Part shown: in pieces, positions 1-10,995 of the stretch
Numbering within the stretch: position 1 is the stretch's first letter
How the letters are laid out: every line of letters begins with the position of its first letter
DNA from: an uncultured Gemmatimonadales bacterium
GTDB lineage: Bacteria; Gemmatimonadota; Gemmatimonadetes; Gemmatimonadales; GWC2-71-9
DNA: 64,000 nt
Direction of reading: 5' to 3'
NCBI GenBank assembly: GCA_963739455.1
Contig: CAVUAK010000002.1
Span: 384,001-448,000 of the forward strand
Position numbers and translations under genes: made by a program
The notes under the pieces: model-generated
The model's input: the letters and a program-made list of their open reading frames with translations, nothing else
What the model was told of the DNA's origin: nothing
Databases searched by the model: none

Positions 1-1362
1 CACCGCGACGAAGTTCTTCCCCTGCTCTTCCGCGATCTTCTGCACGATCTGCTCGGCGACCCGCTTGGTGGCGCCCATGACGTTGGTGGGCCGCACCGCC
101 TTGTCGGTCGAGATCAGCACAAAGTGCTTGACACCGAATTCGGCGGACAGCTCGGCCACGTTGCGTGTGCCCAGCACGTTGTTCGTCACCGCCTCGGCGC
201 TGTTGGTCTCCATGAGCGGGACATGCTTGTGAGCCGCTGCATGGAAGACCGCGAAGGGCGTGAAGCTCTCGAACACGTGCTGCATACGCTGCCGGTCCCG
301 GATGTCCGCGATGACCGGGCACGCAGGTCACGTTCGGGGCAAGCCGAACCAGTTCGTGGTAAGTGTCGAAGATCGAGTTCTCGCCATGGCCCAGCATGAT
401 GATGCGGGCCGGCTCGAGCAGCGCGAGCTGGCGGCAGAGCTCGCTGCCGATCGAACCGCCGGCACCGGTCACCAGCACCGTCTCACCGGTCGCGAGCTGG
501 CGGACCTGGGCCATGTCGGTGCTGATCGGCTCGCGCCGCAGCAGGTCCTCGATCTGCACCTCGCGGAGCGCCGTAACGGACACGCGACCGGAGAGGATAT
601 CGAACATCCCCGGCACCGTACGCGCCCGCGCACCGGCCGCGTGTGCCGCGTCCACCACTTCGCGCACCACCTTCCCGGGCGCGCGCGGCATCGCGATGAT
701 CACTTCCTGCGCCGCGAGCTCCTCGATGAGGCGGGTCAGGTCCTTGAGCGCACCAAGCACCGGCAGGTCGAGCATCCGGTGCCCGTGCTTTCGCCGGTCA
801 TCGTCGACGAACCCGACCGGCTGCAAGCCGATCTGCGGGTGGCCCAGCAGTTCCTTGCCGATCAACTCCCCGGCCGCCCCGGCCCCCACGATGATGACCC
901 GCTCGCTCTGCGCCTGCGAGCGTCGCTGTCGGCGCCGCGTGAGCAGCCGCACGCCGAGGCGCGGGAGCGTGACGAAGACTGCGGAGAGAAGGATGTCGAG
1001 GAAGAGAACGGAGATGGGAACGCGAGCGGGTATCAGGCCAAGCGCCGGAAGGATGAGCGCCCCTGCCAGCACACAGGCCAGCCCGAATCCACTGACTGCG
1101 GTGATAAGTCGTTCAACCTCGACGACGCTCGCGTGCCTCCAGAGGCGTTTGTAGATGCCGGCCTGATAGCAGACGGCCAGACGGAGACGGGACTGATAAC
1201 GAGGAGGTAGACGAGGGCAGTCTGCCGGTAGGGCTCCGGCCACTCGAAGCCCTCGAACCGCAGCGCAAACGCGAGCGCCGTCGAGACACTGAACAGTACG
1301 GTGTCCGAGAGGACAAAAAAGCGATTCCGTACTGTTGGTCCGAAGGAGCGCGGGTAGGTCAT
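1..1362 (-). CDS. CapD/WbpM/PglF-like nucleoside-diphosphate sugar 4,6-dehydratase (runs off window edge, frameshifted)
   Basis: Reverse strand at 1-125 reads HFVLISTDKAVRPTNVMGATKRVAEQ, a family hallmark. N-terminal membrane part MTYPRSF...LAFALRFEG starts at ATG 1362, overlapping the upstream stop. No single ORF, so indels are present. Confidence 0.85.
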
Positions 1363-2421
1363 TGCGCGAAAAGCTTGTCTTGGAACTGGCGCCATGTCAA
1401 GGACTTGGGCAGTGTCGGCAGATCCCGGACGCTAATGCGTCGCTCCAGCACGACACCTACCAGGAGAACAATGACCAGGTACAGGGCTGACGCGCCGGTG
1501 CGCCAATCGCCAGCGGGCAGGGACGAGCAGAACGCCCCGACCACCGACTCCGACCCCGTACAGGAGGCTGACACGGGCGTGCCCCCACCCGCCATTGGCC
1601 AGCCTCTGGTAGAAGTGAGAGCGGTGAGCCTCGGTGAGGGCCTCGCCCACGGCGCCAGCGCCTGAGCAGGGTGACGTTCGCGTCGAGTACGATCGGCCAG
1701 AGGGGCAGGAAGGTCAGTATGATCCCGCGTCCGGTCTCGCGCATCAGCAACACGCCCACGATCACGAAGGCGAACCCGATCGCGCCGGAACCCACGTCAC
1801 CCAGGAAGATTCGCGCGGGACTCCAGTTCCAGACCAGGAAGCCGGCGGCGGCCCCGGCGAGCGCGAGCGCCGCAACCTGATGCGGCACCGCCCGGCGCGC
1901 CCGCTGCCGCGGCAAAGAGGCCGTAACACCAGGGCGGTGAGCCCGATGAGGCCGTCGATGCCGTCGATGAAATTGACCACGTTCGCTGCGGCGATGCCGC
2001 AGAAGATCCACCACGCTACCACGACCGGGGGAGCCCAGGCAGGTACGGCATCAGGCAGGAGGACCAACGGCAGCAGGGTGCCGGCTGCCACGGCGTGCGC
2101 TACCAATCGCAGGCGTACCGCCAACCCACCGTGATCATCGATCCAGCCTATCACCGCCACTGCGGCAACCCCTCCAAGGGCTGTGAGCAGCGGCCAACTG
2201 CCTGGCCAGCCCCGGACGAGCGAGGGGACAATCACGAGCAGCCATGCGGCGAGGAGCCCGGCCCCACCGCCGCGCGGTGTCGGCGTGGAGTGTGAACTGC
2301 GCTCGCCAGGATGGTCGAGGACGTCGCGATGGAGCGCGTACTGTCGCACGATGCCGACCAGCGCGGCGCTCGCGACGAGCGCCGCCGCAAATGTGAGCAC
2401 CGACAGGAATGGCGGTGTCAT
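1359..2421 (-). CDS. MraY/WecA/WbpL-family undecaprenyl-phosphate sugar-1-phosphate transferase (frameshifted)
   Basis: Motifs spread over several frames: RSSHSTPTPRGGG, IGWIDD, NVVNFIDGIDGL, WNWSPARIFLGDVGS, AHRSHFYQRL. Confidence 0.85.
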
Positions 2422-3374
2422 CCCATCTTCTCGCTGCGCCACCACCCTGCGGTGACCGCCAGGGCATCACCCAGTTCAACCGGGGGACGCCATCCGAGCG
2501 TGGACTGAATCAGGCTGCTGTTCACCCGCAACGTGCCCAGGAGGCGCTCGAGGTCCGCCTTGCGCCCGAGCACTGCGCCTGCCTGGCGCATGAGGCTGAT
2601 CGGCGCGCCGAAAAGGCGGGGTCGGCCACCGAGGGAGATGGCAAGGCGCCGTAGCAGTTCGCTCACACCCACGTCATGATCGTCACTGACAAGGAACATC
2701 CTGTTCTGCGCCGCGGTATGGGGCATTGCGATCATGACTGCGCTGGCAAGATTGTCCACAAAGATCATGCTGCGCAGGTTATCCATCCCCCCAAGTGGCA
2801 GTGGCCAGCGCGCCGCGACGTCCGCCAGTTGCAGCAGCCTCCGAAAGTTGCCGCCGACGCCAGGACCATACACGAGCGGTGGACGCATGATGGTCCAGCC
2901 CATGGCACCGCCAGCTTCACGCACGACCCGTTCGGCATCGAGCTTGGACTGTCCATAGGGATCGACCGGGCGCGGCGGATCCGACTCCGTGTACGGCGCT
3001 GCTCCGCCCTCACCGTTCACCTTGATCGAGCTCACGAAGATGAACCGCCGAGCGCCGGCTGCCCGGGCCGCGGCCACCACGGCACGCGTGCCTTCCACGT
3101 TGACCCGCTGAAACTCGGCGATCGGGTCGCTGGCCTCGGTCATGACGTGCACGCGTGCGGCGAGATGTACCACTGCGTCCACGCCGGCCATGTGCGGTGC
3201 AAGGGCCCCGCTCTCGATCGGGCTTTCAACAACGGGCGCCTCGACACCGGCGGGAAGCGCCGCTCGTGACTTCTCGTGCCTCACCGGGGCGACTACCTGA
3301 TGGCCGCCGTCGACCAGCATTGCACAAAGGCGCCGGCCCACGAAGCCCGACCCACCCGTCACGAGCACTCTCAC
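2418..3374 (-). CDS. NAD-dependent epimerase/dehydratase (WbpV/WbpK-like 4-reductase)
   Basis: VLVTGGSGFVG, HLAARVHVM, SSIKVNGE, YGQSK, RPPLVYGPGV. Confidence 0.85.
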   Translation of the reverse strand: MRVLVTGGSGFVGRRLCAMLVDGGHQVVAPVRHEKSRAALPAGVEAPVVESPIESGALAPHMAGVDAVVHLAARVHVMTEASDPIAEFQRVNVEGTRAVVAAARAAGARRFIFVSSIKVNGEGGAAPYTESDPPRPVDPYGQSKLDAERVVREAGGAMGWTIMRPPLVYGPGVGGNFRRLLQLADVAARWPLPLGGMDNLRSMIFVDNLASAVMIAMPHTAAQNRMFLVSDDHDVGVSELLRRLAISLGGRPRLFGAPISLMRQAGAVLGRKADLERLLGTLRVNSSLIQSTLGWRPPVELGDALAVTAGWWRSEKMG

Positions 3375-4504
3375 GACGAGAGTACATCCCGATAGAGTGC
3401 CAAGTGCCGGTCTACGACGAGTTGCAAGCCAAACTCCCGCTCTGCCAGCGCGCGACCAGCACGACCGAAGTGCTCACGACGCGCTGGGTCCTCCAGCAGT
3501 TCCCGCAGCGCTTGTGCGAGTGCAGCCGGATCGCACGCTGGCACCAGCAGTCCGGTTCGCCCCGGATCGACGCAATCCCGGCAACCCGGAACATCTGTCG
3601 TTACAATGGCGCGGCCTGACGCCGCCGCCTCGAGGAGCGCCTTGGGCATGCCCTCGCGATAGGAAGGCAGGCAGACAAGGTGCGAAGCAGCGAGTACCTC
3701 GGGCATGTCGGACCGACGACCCCACCACTCAATCGCACCCTCTGCCACCCAGGCATTAATTGTGGCGGACGATACCGCGCTCGGATTGGCCGGATCGAGC
3801 CCGCCAACCAGGGCAAACCGGGCGCGAACGCCCGCTCGCCGGAGATACCGCGCCGCTTCCACGAACTCCACAAGCCCCTTGTCCTTCAGCATGCGCGCCG
3901 GAAAGACCACGAGCGGCACTCCGGGAGGTTCAGGCTGGAAGCGATAGCGGGCCAAGTCCACTCCCGACCCAGGAATGAGCGCGCCGCGGTCGGAGGCGAC
4001 GATCCGCTCGTACACGAACTCGTCTCGATCCGTCGTGTTCTGAAAGAGAAACCAGGACCGGCGCCTGTCGCCGACAAGTCGGAGGGTCTGGTGCGCAACC
4101 CGGTTGCGAAAGCGCGCACCTAATCCCGGAGCCAGCAGCATGGAGCCGCGCCCGGTCACGGCGTTGACGGTGTGGGGCACCCGCGCGAGTCGTGCGGCAA
4201 GGCTGCCATAGAGGACCGGCTTCAGGGTAACGTGGTGGGCGATCGCCGGGCGCAACTGGCGGTAAAGCGTAGTTAGGGCACGCACAGTGAGCAGGTCGGC
4301 CACCAGCCCGGAATGGCCACGCTGCATGGGCAGCGGGTGGAATGGCAAGCCGGCCCTTTCGCACTCCTCCACCGTTTCGTCGGGCGCCGCCACGACCTGT
4401 ACGTCGAAACCTGCATCGCGAATGGCGACCGCAAGCGCGAGTCGGTGCGAGACAAAAAACCACGAGACGTTCGCGACGATGAGGATGCGCGGCTTACCCG
4501 CCAT
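3371..4504 (-). CDS. GT4 glycosyltransferase (CapM-like)
   Basis: HRLALA, IPGSGVD, ARMLKDKG, PSYREGMPKALLEAAA, TDVPGCRD. Confidence 0.9.
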   Translation of the reverse strand: MAGKPRILIVANVSWFFVSHRLALAVAIRDAGFDVQVVAAPDETVEECERAGLPFHPLPMQRGHSGLVADLLTVRALTTLYRQLRPAIAHHVTLKPVLYGSLAARLARVPHTVNAVTGRGSMLLAPGLGARFRNRVAHQTLRLVGDRRRSWFLFQNTTDRDEFVYERIVASDRGALIPGSGVDLARYRFQPEPPGVPLVVFPARMLKDKGLVEFVEAARYLRRAGVRARFALVGGLDPANPSAVSSATINAWVAEGAIEWWGRRSDMPEVLAASHLVCLPSYREGMPKALLEAAASGRAIVTTDVPGCRDCVDPGRTGLLVPACDPAALAQALRELLEDPARREHFGRAGRALAEREFGLQLVVDRHLALYRDVLSS

Positions 4505-5432
4505 CCAGGGAGTCCCCCCGCTTTCTTGCAGCCCCGCTCTGGCCGTGAAACTGCGCCTGGGCCAACAGCGCCAGCATCACGATCACGCCGGTCAGTGTTG
4601 ACCACAGTACCGCTCCAAGGAGCAGCCCGCGCGATCGTGGAAGCAGCGTCTTCGGGAGCGCGTCGAGCACGATCAATGCCGGAGTGGCCTCGAGCTCGCG
4701 CGCAGCAGCGGACTCACGGTCCGTGACTGCCTGAGAATAGCCGGTCTCGGCGGTGCGCAATTCGCGTTCGAGACGCTGCTCCGTGATCGAGGCCTCCGAG
4801 TACCGGCCCACCGTGCGGTTCGCTTCAAGGAAATGCCGCTGCGCTTCCTCCGCGACTGATAGCCGCCGTCCGGCACTGTCGACACGCAGATCCTGGGCAT
4901 GCTTCATCGCACTGGCCTGGGCGCGCGTCGCGTTGACGAATGCCGCGCTCGTCTCGTCGAGAAGTTTCGCGGTCATTTGTCGTACGAGCCCGCTGTCACG
5001 CGCAGAGACGCGAATAGTGACGAGACCACTTTGGAGATCTGCCGAGGCCGACACCGCGGTGCGCATGGTCTCGAGCAACGAGCGGTCGTTCACCCGACCG
5101 GGCCCGGCGTTGCGCAGCCGGTCCACATAGCGCCGGCCCGAATCGTCGGGCACTGAGCCGACGGCAATCAACACCCCGTCCAGGCGGGCCAGTCGCGCGA
5201 CCAAAACAGGCGTCGATTGCAGGCCACCCAGTCCGTTGGCACCAAGTACGCTGGCGGCGAGACTGGCTCCGCTCATGCTTGCGCGACTCGTGACCGGGGA
5301 CACCACCACGGTGCCATCGTAGGTGCGAGGACGGATCAGCCCGACCACGACCGAGAGAACCCCAATCGCCGCTGCCACGCCGACGATGAGGGGCGCCCGC
5401 ATTCGAACTATCGACACGGGATCCAAGTTCAT
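4494..5432 (-). CDS. Wzz/GumC-like polysaccharide co-polymerase (chain-length regulator), no kinase domain
   Basis: ATG 5432 (MNLDP) overlaps the upstream stop. N- and C-terminal TM helices flank a coiled-coil region; proline-containing LPKTLLPRSRG precedes the last TM. Confidence 0.65.
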   Translation of the reverse strand: MNLDPVSIVRMRAPLIVGVAAAIGVLSVVVGLIRPRTYDGTVVVSPVTSRASMSGASLAASVLGANGLGGLQSTPVLVARLARLDGVLIAVGSVPDDSGRRYVDRLRNAGPGRVNDRSLLETMRTAVSASADLQSGLVTIRVSARDSGLVRQMTAKLLDETSAAFVNATRAQASAMKHAQDLRVDSAGRRLSVAEEAQRHFLEANRTVGRYSEASITEQRLERELRTAETGYSQAVTDRESAAARELEATPALIVLDALPKTLLPRSRGLLLGAVLWSTLTGVIVMLALLAQAQFHGQSGAARKRGDSLDGG

Positions 5433-6691
5433 ATGGGCTCCACCGTCGGCGCCCGGCCGTGCCCTGCCAACAGCGTCGGCCTCATTAGCAGGTGCATTGC
5501 AACCATGAACACGGTCACTTTGGCCAGGAAGTTGATGTTCGTGAGGAATGACTCGTTGAAGACCGTCTGCAGGATGGCTGCTGTCAGGATGCCGTGTAGC
5601 ACCGTGGCGCCGATGCTGCCACCGATCGCGCTCCGATGCACCGCAGCACATACGAGCCCGATGACGCAAAGCAGCACCAGAGTTCCAGTCAGTCCAACCT
5701 CCGGATAATAGGCGAAGTAGGCAGTATAGACATTGGTAGTGATCCCGTCGCCGATGCTGGTGAACTGCGCATGTAGCGTAGGAATCTCGTACTCTCCCCC
5801 GAAACGGTTGGCGAGCTCCTTCAGCGTCCGCAGGAACGAGCCGGTACTGGGAATGGCCGCAGGATCGTCAACAGCGCGCTGAAAGGCGACGAGCCCGCCC
5901 AGCGCATAGTCCTGGAAATTCTCCGCGACGGCCACGGCGTTGTCGCGCGCCGTGGCATCGGGGTTGGCAGCGCCCTTGCGGACCAACACGCCCATCGCAC
6001 CGAAGGTCAAGGCTACCACAATGCCCCCCAGCAGTAGCGGACCAAACGGCAGCGTGCGCGCGCGGACCGATGCGACTGCCGCCAGACCCGCGACGAGTGC
6101 GATAGGTGCCGAGCGGCCGCCGGTGAGCACCGCGAGCACAAAGGCGAAGACCGTGAGGAGGAGCCTCCAGCTTCGCGCCGCTGCCGAGAATGCCGGAACC
6201 GCGAACGCGAAGAGGGCAGCCATGAGCGCCAGGGGAACGACATTGGCGACGACCCCAAGGCCTCCTTGCACAGCCGACTCCAACGTGCGCACTCGAAGGA
6301 CGTACAGGAATTCCAGTGGTGACGCCTGCACGAGCCGCACCAGCGCGATAATGTAGAGCGGGGTCAAGGCGATCACCGCTATCGTAAGCGCCGGCAGTAG
6401 CCACACAGGCACGGTGGAACGGCTGGCGTCGTCCCTACGGCCAGCAGGCGCGAACAGCGCCCAACCGAGCGCACCGCCAAGGCTAAAGCTGACAGCGCCT
6501 CCAAGATAGACAAGAAGGGTATTCTCGCCGATCTGCATATACCGAGTACCGGAGAGCGACAGCCAGATGAGCACAAAACCCCAGACTGCACAGAAGACGG
6601 CTGGCGGGTAGGTCACGTACGTGACGAGGCGCCGCTGCAGGACCGCCAGGGCACAGAGTAGGAGGCCGGCGGCCAGCGTCAGGCCGCCCAC
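5429..6691 (-). CDS. wzy: Wzy oligosaccharide repeat-unit polymerase
   Basis: 420-aa polytopic membrane protein with LTGGRSA and TNVYTAYFAYYPEVG segments, inside a polysaccharide operon. Confidence 0.7.
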   Translation of the reverse strand: MGGLTLAAGLLLCALAVLQRRLVTYVTYPPAVFCAVWGFVLIWLSLSGTRYMQIGENTLLVYLGGAVSFSLGGALGWALFAPAGRRDDASRSTVPVWLLPALTIAVIALTPLYIIALVRLVQASPLEFLYVLRVRTLESAVQGGLGVVANVVPLALMAALFAFAVPAFSAAARSWRLLLTVFAFVLAVLTGGRSAPIALVAGLAAVASVRARTLPFGPLLLGGIVVALTFGAMGVLVRKGAANPDATARDNAVAVAENFQDYALGGLVAFQRAVDDPAAIPSTGSFLRTLKELANRFGGEYEIPTLHAQFTSIGDGITTNVYTAYFAYYPEVGLTGTLVLLCVIGLVCAAVHRSAIGGSIGATVLHGILTAAILQTVFNESFLTNINFLAKVTVFMVAMHLLMRPTLLAGHGRAPTVEPI

Positions 6692-7701
6692 GAATCACCT
6701 CGTAATGCCGCGGCGAGTCGAGGCACTATCGCGCCCAGAGAGAAGTTCTGCTCGATCACTTGCCGTGCCCTGGTTCCGGTGGCCTTCCGCTTCTCCGGCG
6801 AGTCGACGAAGTCGAGCAGGTGCTCAAGCCACGATCCGGGATCCGTGGCGCCCCTGCCAACTGATCCGAGGGCGAGCACCTCGGCATTCATGCCCACCGG
6901 CGAAACGACGGCCGGAACGCCACATGCCATATACAGGAGCATCTTGTAGCTGCACTTCCCTCGTTCCCAGACGCCATCCTCCAGCGGCATGACGCCAATG
7001 TCGAACGACGCAATCGTCTCGGCTTCCACTGCTGCCGACCATGGCACATGCTGCACTTGCGACGGCGGCACACCGATCAGCGCGGGTCGCGCGTCACAGA
7101 GCACGCGGATAACCACCTGAGGCCTGAGTGTCACCAGTCGGGTAAGCGCCGGCGCGATCGACTCCAGTGCCACCAGCCCTGCCCGGCCTCCGGACCAGCC
7201 AATCACGACCCGGTCGGCATCATCCGGACGGAAGACCGGTACGAAGCGCGCGGTGTCGACGGCAGTCGGTACGATCACTACGGAGCGACAATATTGGCTG
7301 AAGTACTCTGCGAGAAAGGCATTTCCGGCGACCACCCGGTCGCACCGGGCCGCGATGGCACCGGCAAACCGCCCCCGGGGCAGCACCCACAGCGCATCAT
7401 CGACATCCAGGATGCGCGGACGGCCGGTAAATCGCTCAAGGGTCTCAATGGTGGAAAGCAGCTCCCGCTGCAGCAGCGTCACATCGAAGGCCCTAGACCG
7501 GATAACATCGGGTATGCGGGACAGCACCGCTCCTGCTCCCCATGCGGGGCGGAGCCAGCCAGCCCGAGGGGGATACGCACCCAAGGACGCCGGAGCGACC
7601 TCGACCCGAATCCCAATTTGACTGAGCGGTTCAACATATTGCACCACGCGAAACCTGGCGCTTGGGACGTGACGGCCTCCAGTCAGCGCGAACACTCTCA
7701 T
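6679..7701 (-). CDS. GT4 glycosyltransferase
   Basis: PSARFRVVQY, LDVDDA, VPTAVDT, DIGVMPL, GKCSYKMLLYMACGVP. Start ATG 7701 is coupled to the upstream stop. Confidence 0.9.
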   Translation of the reverse strand: MRVFALTGGRHVPSARFRVVQYVEPLSQIGIRVEVAPASLGAYPPRAGWLRPAWGAGAVLSRIPDVIRSRAFDVTLLQRELLSTIETLERFTGRPRILDVDDALWVLPRGRFAGAIAARCDRVVAGNAFLAEYFSQYCRSVVIVPTAVDTARFVPVFRPDDADRVVIGWSGGRAGLVALESIAPALTRLVTLRPQVVIRVLCDARPALIGVPPSQVQHVPWSAAVEAETIASFDIGVMPLEDGVWERGKCSYKMLLYMACGVPAVVSPVGMNAEVLALGSVGRGATDPGSWLEHLLDFVDSPEKRKATGTRARQVIEQNFSLGAIVPRLAAALRGDSWAA

Positions 7702-8528
7702 CAGTCTTGGCGCTTGATCATGAATATTGAACCGCCGGACTGGGTGAGTGCCGCAGCACGAAGCCATGGACGCCGACGGACCAGAGGAAGGAACAATCTT
7801 CGAAGCGGTCCGTTTGCCCAGGCGCTGTCGACGGGCACGAGATCCAGCAGCGAGTAGAACCTCGCGAACCCTGCATCGCGGCCCGCGGCACACAAATCAG
7901 CATAGGAGAACCAGTGAACCGCCGGCCGCGCGTTGAAATTCGCGAGAGCCGGGCGGAAGTGCAATTGATCGTGGACATAGCATTCCCGCACCAGCCTCGG
8001 GAACCAGTTGAGGAACGGCACGCTGAACTCGCCGTTGAACCCCCGCCACGAAAGCTTATGTCGATTGGTCGTGTATACATAGGCGACCCCGCCTGGCGCG
8101 AGCACACGAAACACCTCGGCCAAGCTCAGCGGTACTGAGTCCACATGCTCGAGCACACTCTCCATCAGGACCAATCGTTGTGAGCCTGAAGGGATCGGCA
8201 TTCGCTCCCCACTGCCCTGCACGACGCGGACGGCCGAGCCGCAGAAGGTGGTTGCCTGCTCGACATTCGCAGGCACCGGCTCGATTCCATGCACATCGAA
8301 CCCGCGCGCGGCGAGCGCCATGGCTGCCCGCGGACGTGGTCCGCATCCCAGCACCACCGCTGGGCCCGGTGCCGCGCCGAGGTCGATGAGGCGTTCCAGG
8401 CAGGAAATGACCATGGGGGTGTACAGTGCACCAGACTCGTGGTGCTGCGCGTGGAACTCTGCTCCGCGCAGTTCCAGGTCGGGAAAGAGCGCTGACATCG
8501 GTCGCGTGGCGTATGGATCACTGCTCAT
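7701..8528 (-). CDS. Class I SAM-dependent methyltransferase
   Basis: VVLGCG motif I, HGIEP, GSGERMP, VLEHV, VLAPGG. ATG 8528 is in an ATGA overlap. Confidence 0.8.
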   Translation of the reverse strand: MSSDPYATRPMSALFPDLELRGAEFHAQHHESGALYTPMVISCLERLIDLGAAPGPAVVLGCGPRPRAAMALAARGFDVHGIEPVPANVEQATTFCGSAVRVVQGSGERMPIPSGSQRLVLMESVLEHVDSVPLSLAEVFRVLAPGGVAYVYTTNRHKLSWRGFNGEFSVPFLNWFPRLVRECYVHDQLHFRPALANFNARPAVHWFSYADLCAAGRDAGFARFYSLLDLVPVDSAWANGPLRRLFLPLVRRRPWLRAAALTQSGGSIFMIKRQD

Positions 8529-9487
8529 GAGGTCGGTGAAACGGAGGACGAGGTTGTCGAGTGCGGAACGGTGGCCCGGCCGCGCTCGAGGCGGAATCGA
8601 TCGGCACGCCAGACGCACCAACTGGCCATTGCCGCCACACGAGAGAGCACCGGATACCTGCATCGCAAGTCGGGAGAGGGTACGGATTGTCCGGCATGAC
8701 GCCCGAAGCGCGCGGCGTTTGTCAGTGCAAAGATGCGAGTCACGATTCCTTGCGAATCCACCGCGAGTTCACCGTAGTACAAGAGGGCACCCAGCGCGCT
8801 CCCCGCCATGGTCCGCAACCATCGGCGCGTCAGGCCATCGGGCTGATACTCCTTGCGACCGAGCGTCTCGTTCACGAACCGCATGAGGTAGCTGCGGCCA
8901 ATCCGGTTCCATACGAGACTCTCCGGAACGAAGCGCTCCCCGGGAATCAGCGGGAAGGGGAAGCGACGGAGAATGTCGAGTCGGTGGAAGCCCCACTTAT
9001 CACCGACGCACCAGCGCCGCGCCCACATAACCTGCAGGGTGGAGTCCATCGGGCTCGCTGGGAACGGCTGGCCGATCAACTGCCCCGCCTCATCCGCACA
9101 GTGTACGGTAACGCCCGTGAACTGGTCGCGCCGCTCCGCCGGAATCTCCAGCCACAACTCAACCAGTCGCTGCAGCGCGTGCGACTCGCACCAGTCATCC
9201 GAATCAAGAACCGCGAGGAGGTCCCCCGATGCCGCAGCGACGCCGGCATTGTGCGCTGCCGGTTTCCCGAGATTCTCCTGGCGGACGTAGCGAATGGGAA
9301 AAGGCGCCACCCGTGCCCACTCCGCAACGGTCGCCCCGGTCCCGTCTGTCGAGCCATCGTCCACGACGATCCATTCGTGGGGCCGAACAGTCTGCGCGAC
9401 GAGCGCGGCATAGGTGCGCGGCAGGGTATGTGCCCGGTTGAACGTCGGCGTGAGTATGCTGAGGCGAGGTGGACCCTCGATGTTCAC
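8525..9487 (-). CDS. GT2 glycosyltransferase
   Basis: SILTPTFNRAHTL, VVDDGSTDGT, ENLGKPAA, LDSDD. GTG 9487 overlaps the upstream stop. Confidence 0.9.
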   Translation of the reverse strand: MNIEGPPRLSILTPTFNRAHTLPRTYAALVAQTVRPHEWIVVDDGSTDGTGATVAEWARVAPFPIRYVRQENLGKPAAHNAGVAAASGDLLAVLDSDDWCESHALQRLVELWLEIPAERRDQFTGVTVHCADEAGQLIGQPFPASPMDSTLQVMWARRWCVGDKWGFHRLDILRRFPFPLIPGERFVPESLVWNRIGRSYLMRFVNETLGRKEYQPDGLTRRWLRTMAGSALGALLYYGELAVDSQGIVTRIFALTNAARFGRHAGQSVPSPDLRCRYPVLSRVAAMASWCVWRADRFRLERGRATVPHSTTSSSVSPTS

Positions 9488-10995
9488 GTTGCCTCTTTCA
9501 GTGCCTGGAACCGGGCTAGGCTCCTGAACAGGAGCGCCGCTACCAGGGCAAGGCTGCCAACGATCCAGCTGGCCCGCGCTGGGAGAAGCAGTGATGAGGA
9601 AGCGATCGCAGCAAGCCCCAGCACGAACGTCAGCAGTACCTCGTCGCTGATGTTCGCCGTCCCGGGCGGCGCGTCCTCCGTCAGTGCCCTCACGGCGCGA
9701 GTGCGCGCGAATATCGCGTAGACCGCCTGGCTCAGGAACCATGCCCACCCGAGCGCGATCAGGGGAGTCATCGTGCGCAGGGCCAGAAATACGCCCACGA
9801 GCGTTGCGAGCGCGGACGCCGCGACCGCCGCGACCTCGCCGAAACGCCCACGCGCCTGGAGCAGCTCATAGGACAGGTTGGCGTGCGCATGCAGGGCCAC
9901 GCCGCCGAGCAGGAGGCAGAACAGCGGCAGCGCCTCGGAGCCCTCAATCGCCAGGATGGGAAGCAGCGGGCGGGCGACTACCGTACCCACGACTCCCGCC
10001 AGACCGAGCAACCCGGCGCTCGCTGCGAGCGCGATCGGCAGCAGCGCAGCAAGGCGTGCGCGGCCAGTGGGCGTGGCCTGCAGTCTAGCCAGCCGGGGGA
10101 AGAGCACCAACCCGAACGCATTGGAAACAAACCACAATTTGCTCGCGAGGTCGAAGCAGGCACGGTACAGGCCCAGCGCGGCCAGGCCCCCCATGTGGCC
10201 GATCAGCACACTGCCAATGGACACCATGGTGGTCTGCAGCCACTGCGCCAGCGATAGACTGGTTGATCGTGTCAGCATCCCGTCGAACCTGAATGACGGC
10301 CGCCAAGTCCTCCACGTCCCCGCCGGCAGCGCGCCGAGCAGCCGGACCGCTGCGGGAACCTCAACCAGCCTGCGGCTCACAAACGCCGCCGCCACGAGCG
10401 CCGCCGTCGGTGCGCTGGAGAGCATGATGGCGAGGAAGCCGGCCGCATACCGCAAGACGCCGGAGATGGACTGAAAACGGGCGTATTGGTTGAAGCGCTC
10501 CGCGCCGAGGGCATTGGTCGCGTGGAGCGATACGAGGATGCCCAGCAGGTAGTCGATGACTGCCAAGGTCGTGATGAGACCCAACTCAAATCGCAGTGAA
10601 GGCCGAACCGGAATGAGGAAGCGGGGTACGGCCCAAACCAGCACGGGAATCGCGCAGGTCACGCCAACGGCGATCATGACGTACGCGGAGAGTGCCCGCT
10701 GCAGGTTGGCGCGACGGTCGGCGTCGTTCGCAGACGACGCGAGCTCGCGCAGGAGGTTCTTGCCCAAGCCCAACTCCACGAGCGCCAGATAACCCACGAG
10801 CAGCCAGTAGACACTCAACAGGCCATAGCCCTCCTCGCCCAGCCGCCTGAGGGCAAAGGGCACGAACGCGATCCCGAGTCCACCACTGATCACGAGGGCC
10901 GCAGAGACACGCACTGCATCGCGCAACACGATGTGGAGCCCACCCACCTCCAACACCTTGGAGATCCACTCGAACGGACGGGAGAGTCGGGTCAC
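9484..10995 (-). CDS. wzx: Wzx oligosaccharide flippase
   Basis: 503-aa MOP-like membrane protein with PFALRRLGEEGYGL and ELGLG, in a polysaccharide operon. Confidence 0.75.
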   Translation of the reverse strand: MTRLSRPFEWISKVLEVGGLHIVLRDAVRVSAALVISGGLGIAFVPFALRRLGEEGYGLLSVYWLLVGYLALVELGLGKNLLRELASSANDADRRANLQRALSAYVMIAVGVTCAIPVLVWAVPRFLIPVRPSLRFELGLITTLAVIDYLLGILVSLHATNALGAERFNQYARFQSISGVLRYAAGFLAIMLSSAPTAALVAAAFVSRRLVEVPAAVRLLGALPAGTWRTWRPSFRFDGMLTRSTSLSLAQWLQTTMVSIGSVLIGHMGGLAALGLYRACFDLASKLWFVSNAFGLVLFPRLARLQATPTGRARLAALLPIALAASAGLLGLAGVVGTVVARPLLPILAIEGSEALPLFCLLLGGVALHAHANLSYELLQARGRFGEVAAVAASALATLVGVFLALRTMTPLIALGWAWFLSQAVYAIFARTRAVRALTEDAPPGTANISDEVLLTFVLGLAAIASSSLLLPARASWIVGSLALVAALLFRSLARFQALKEAT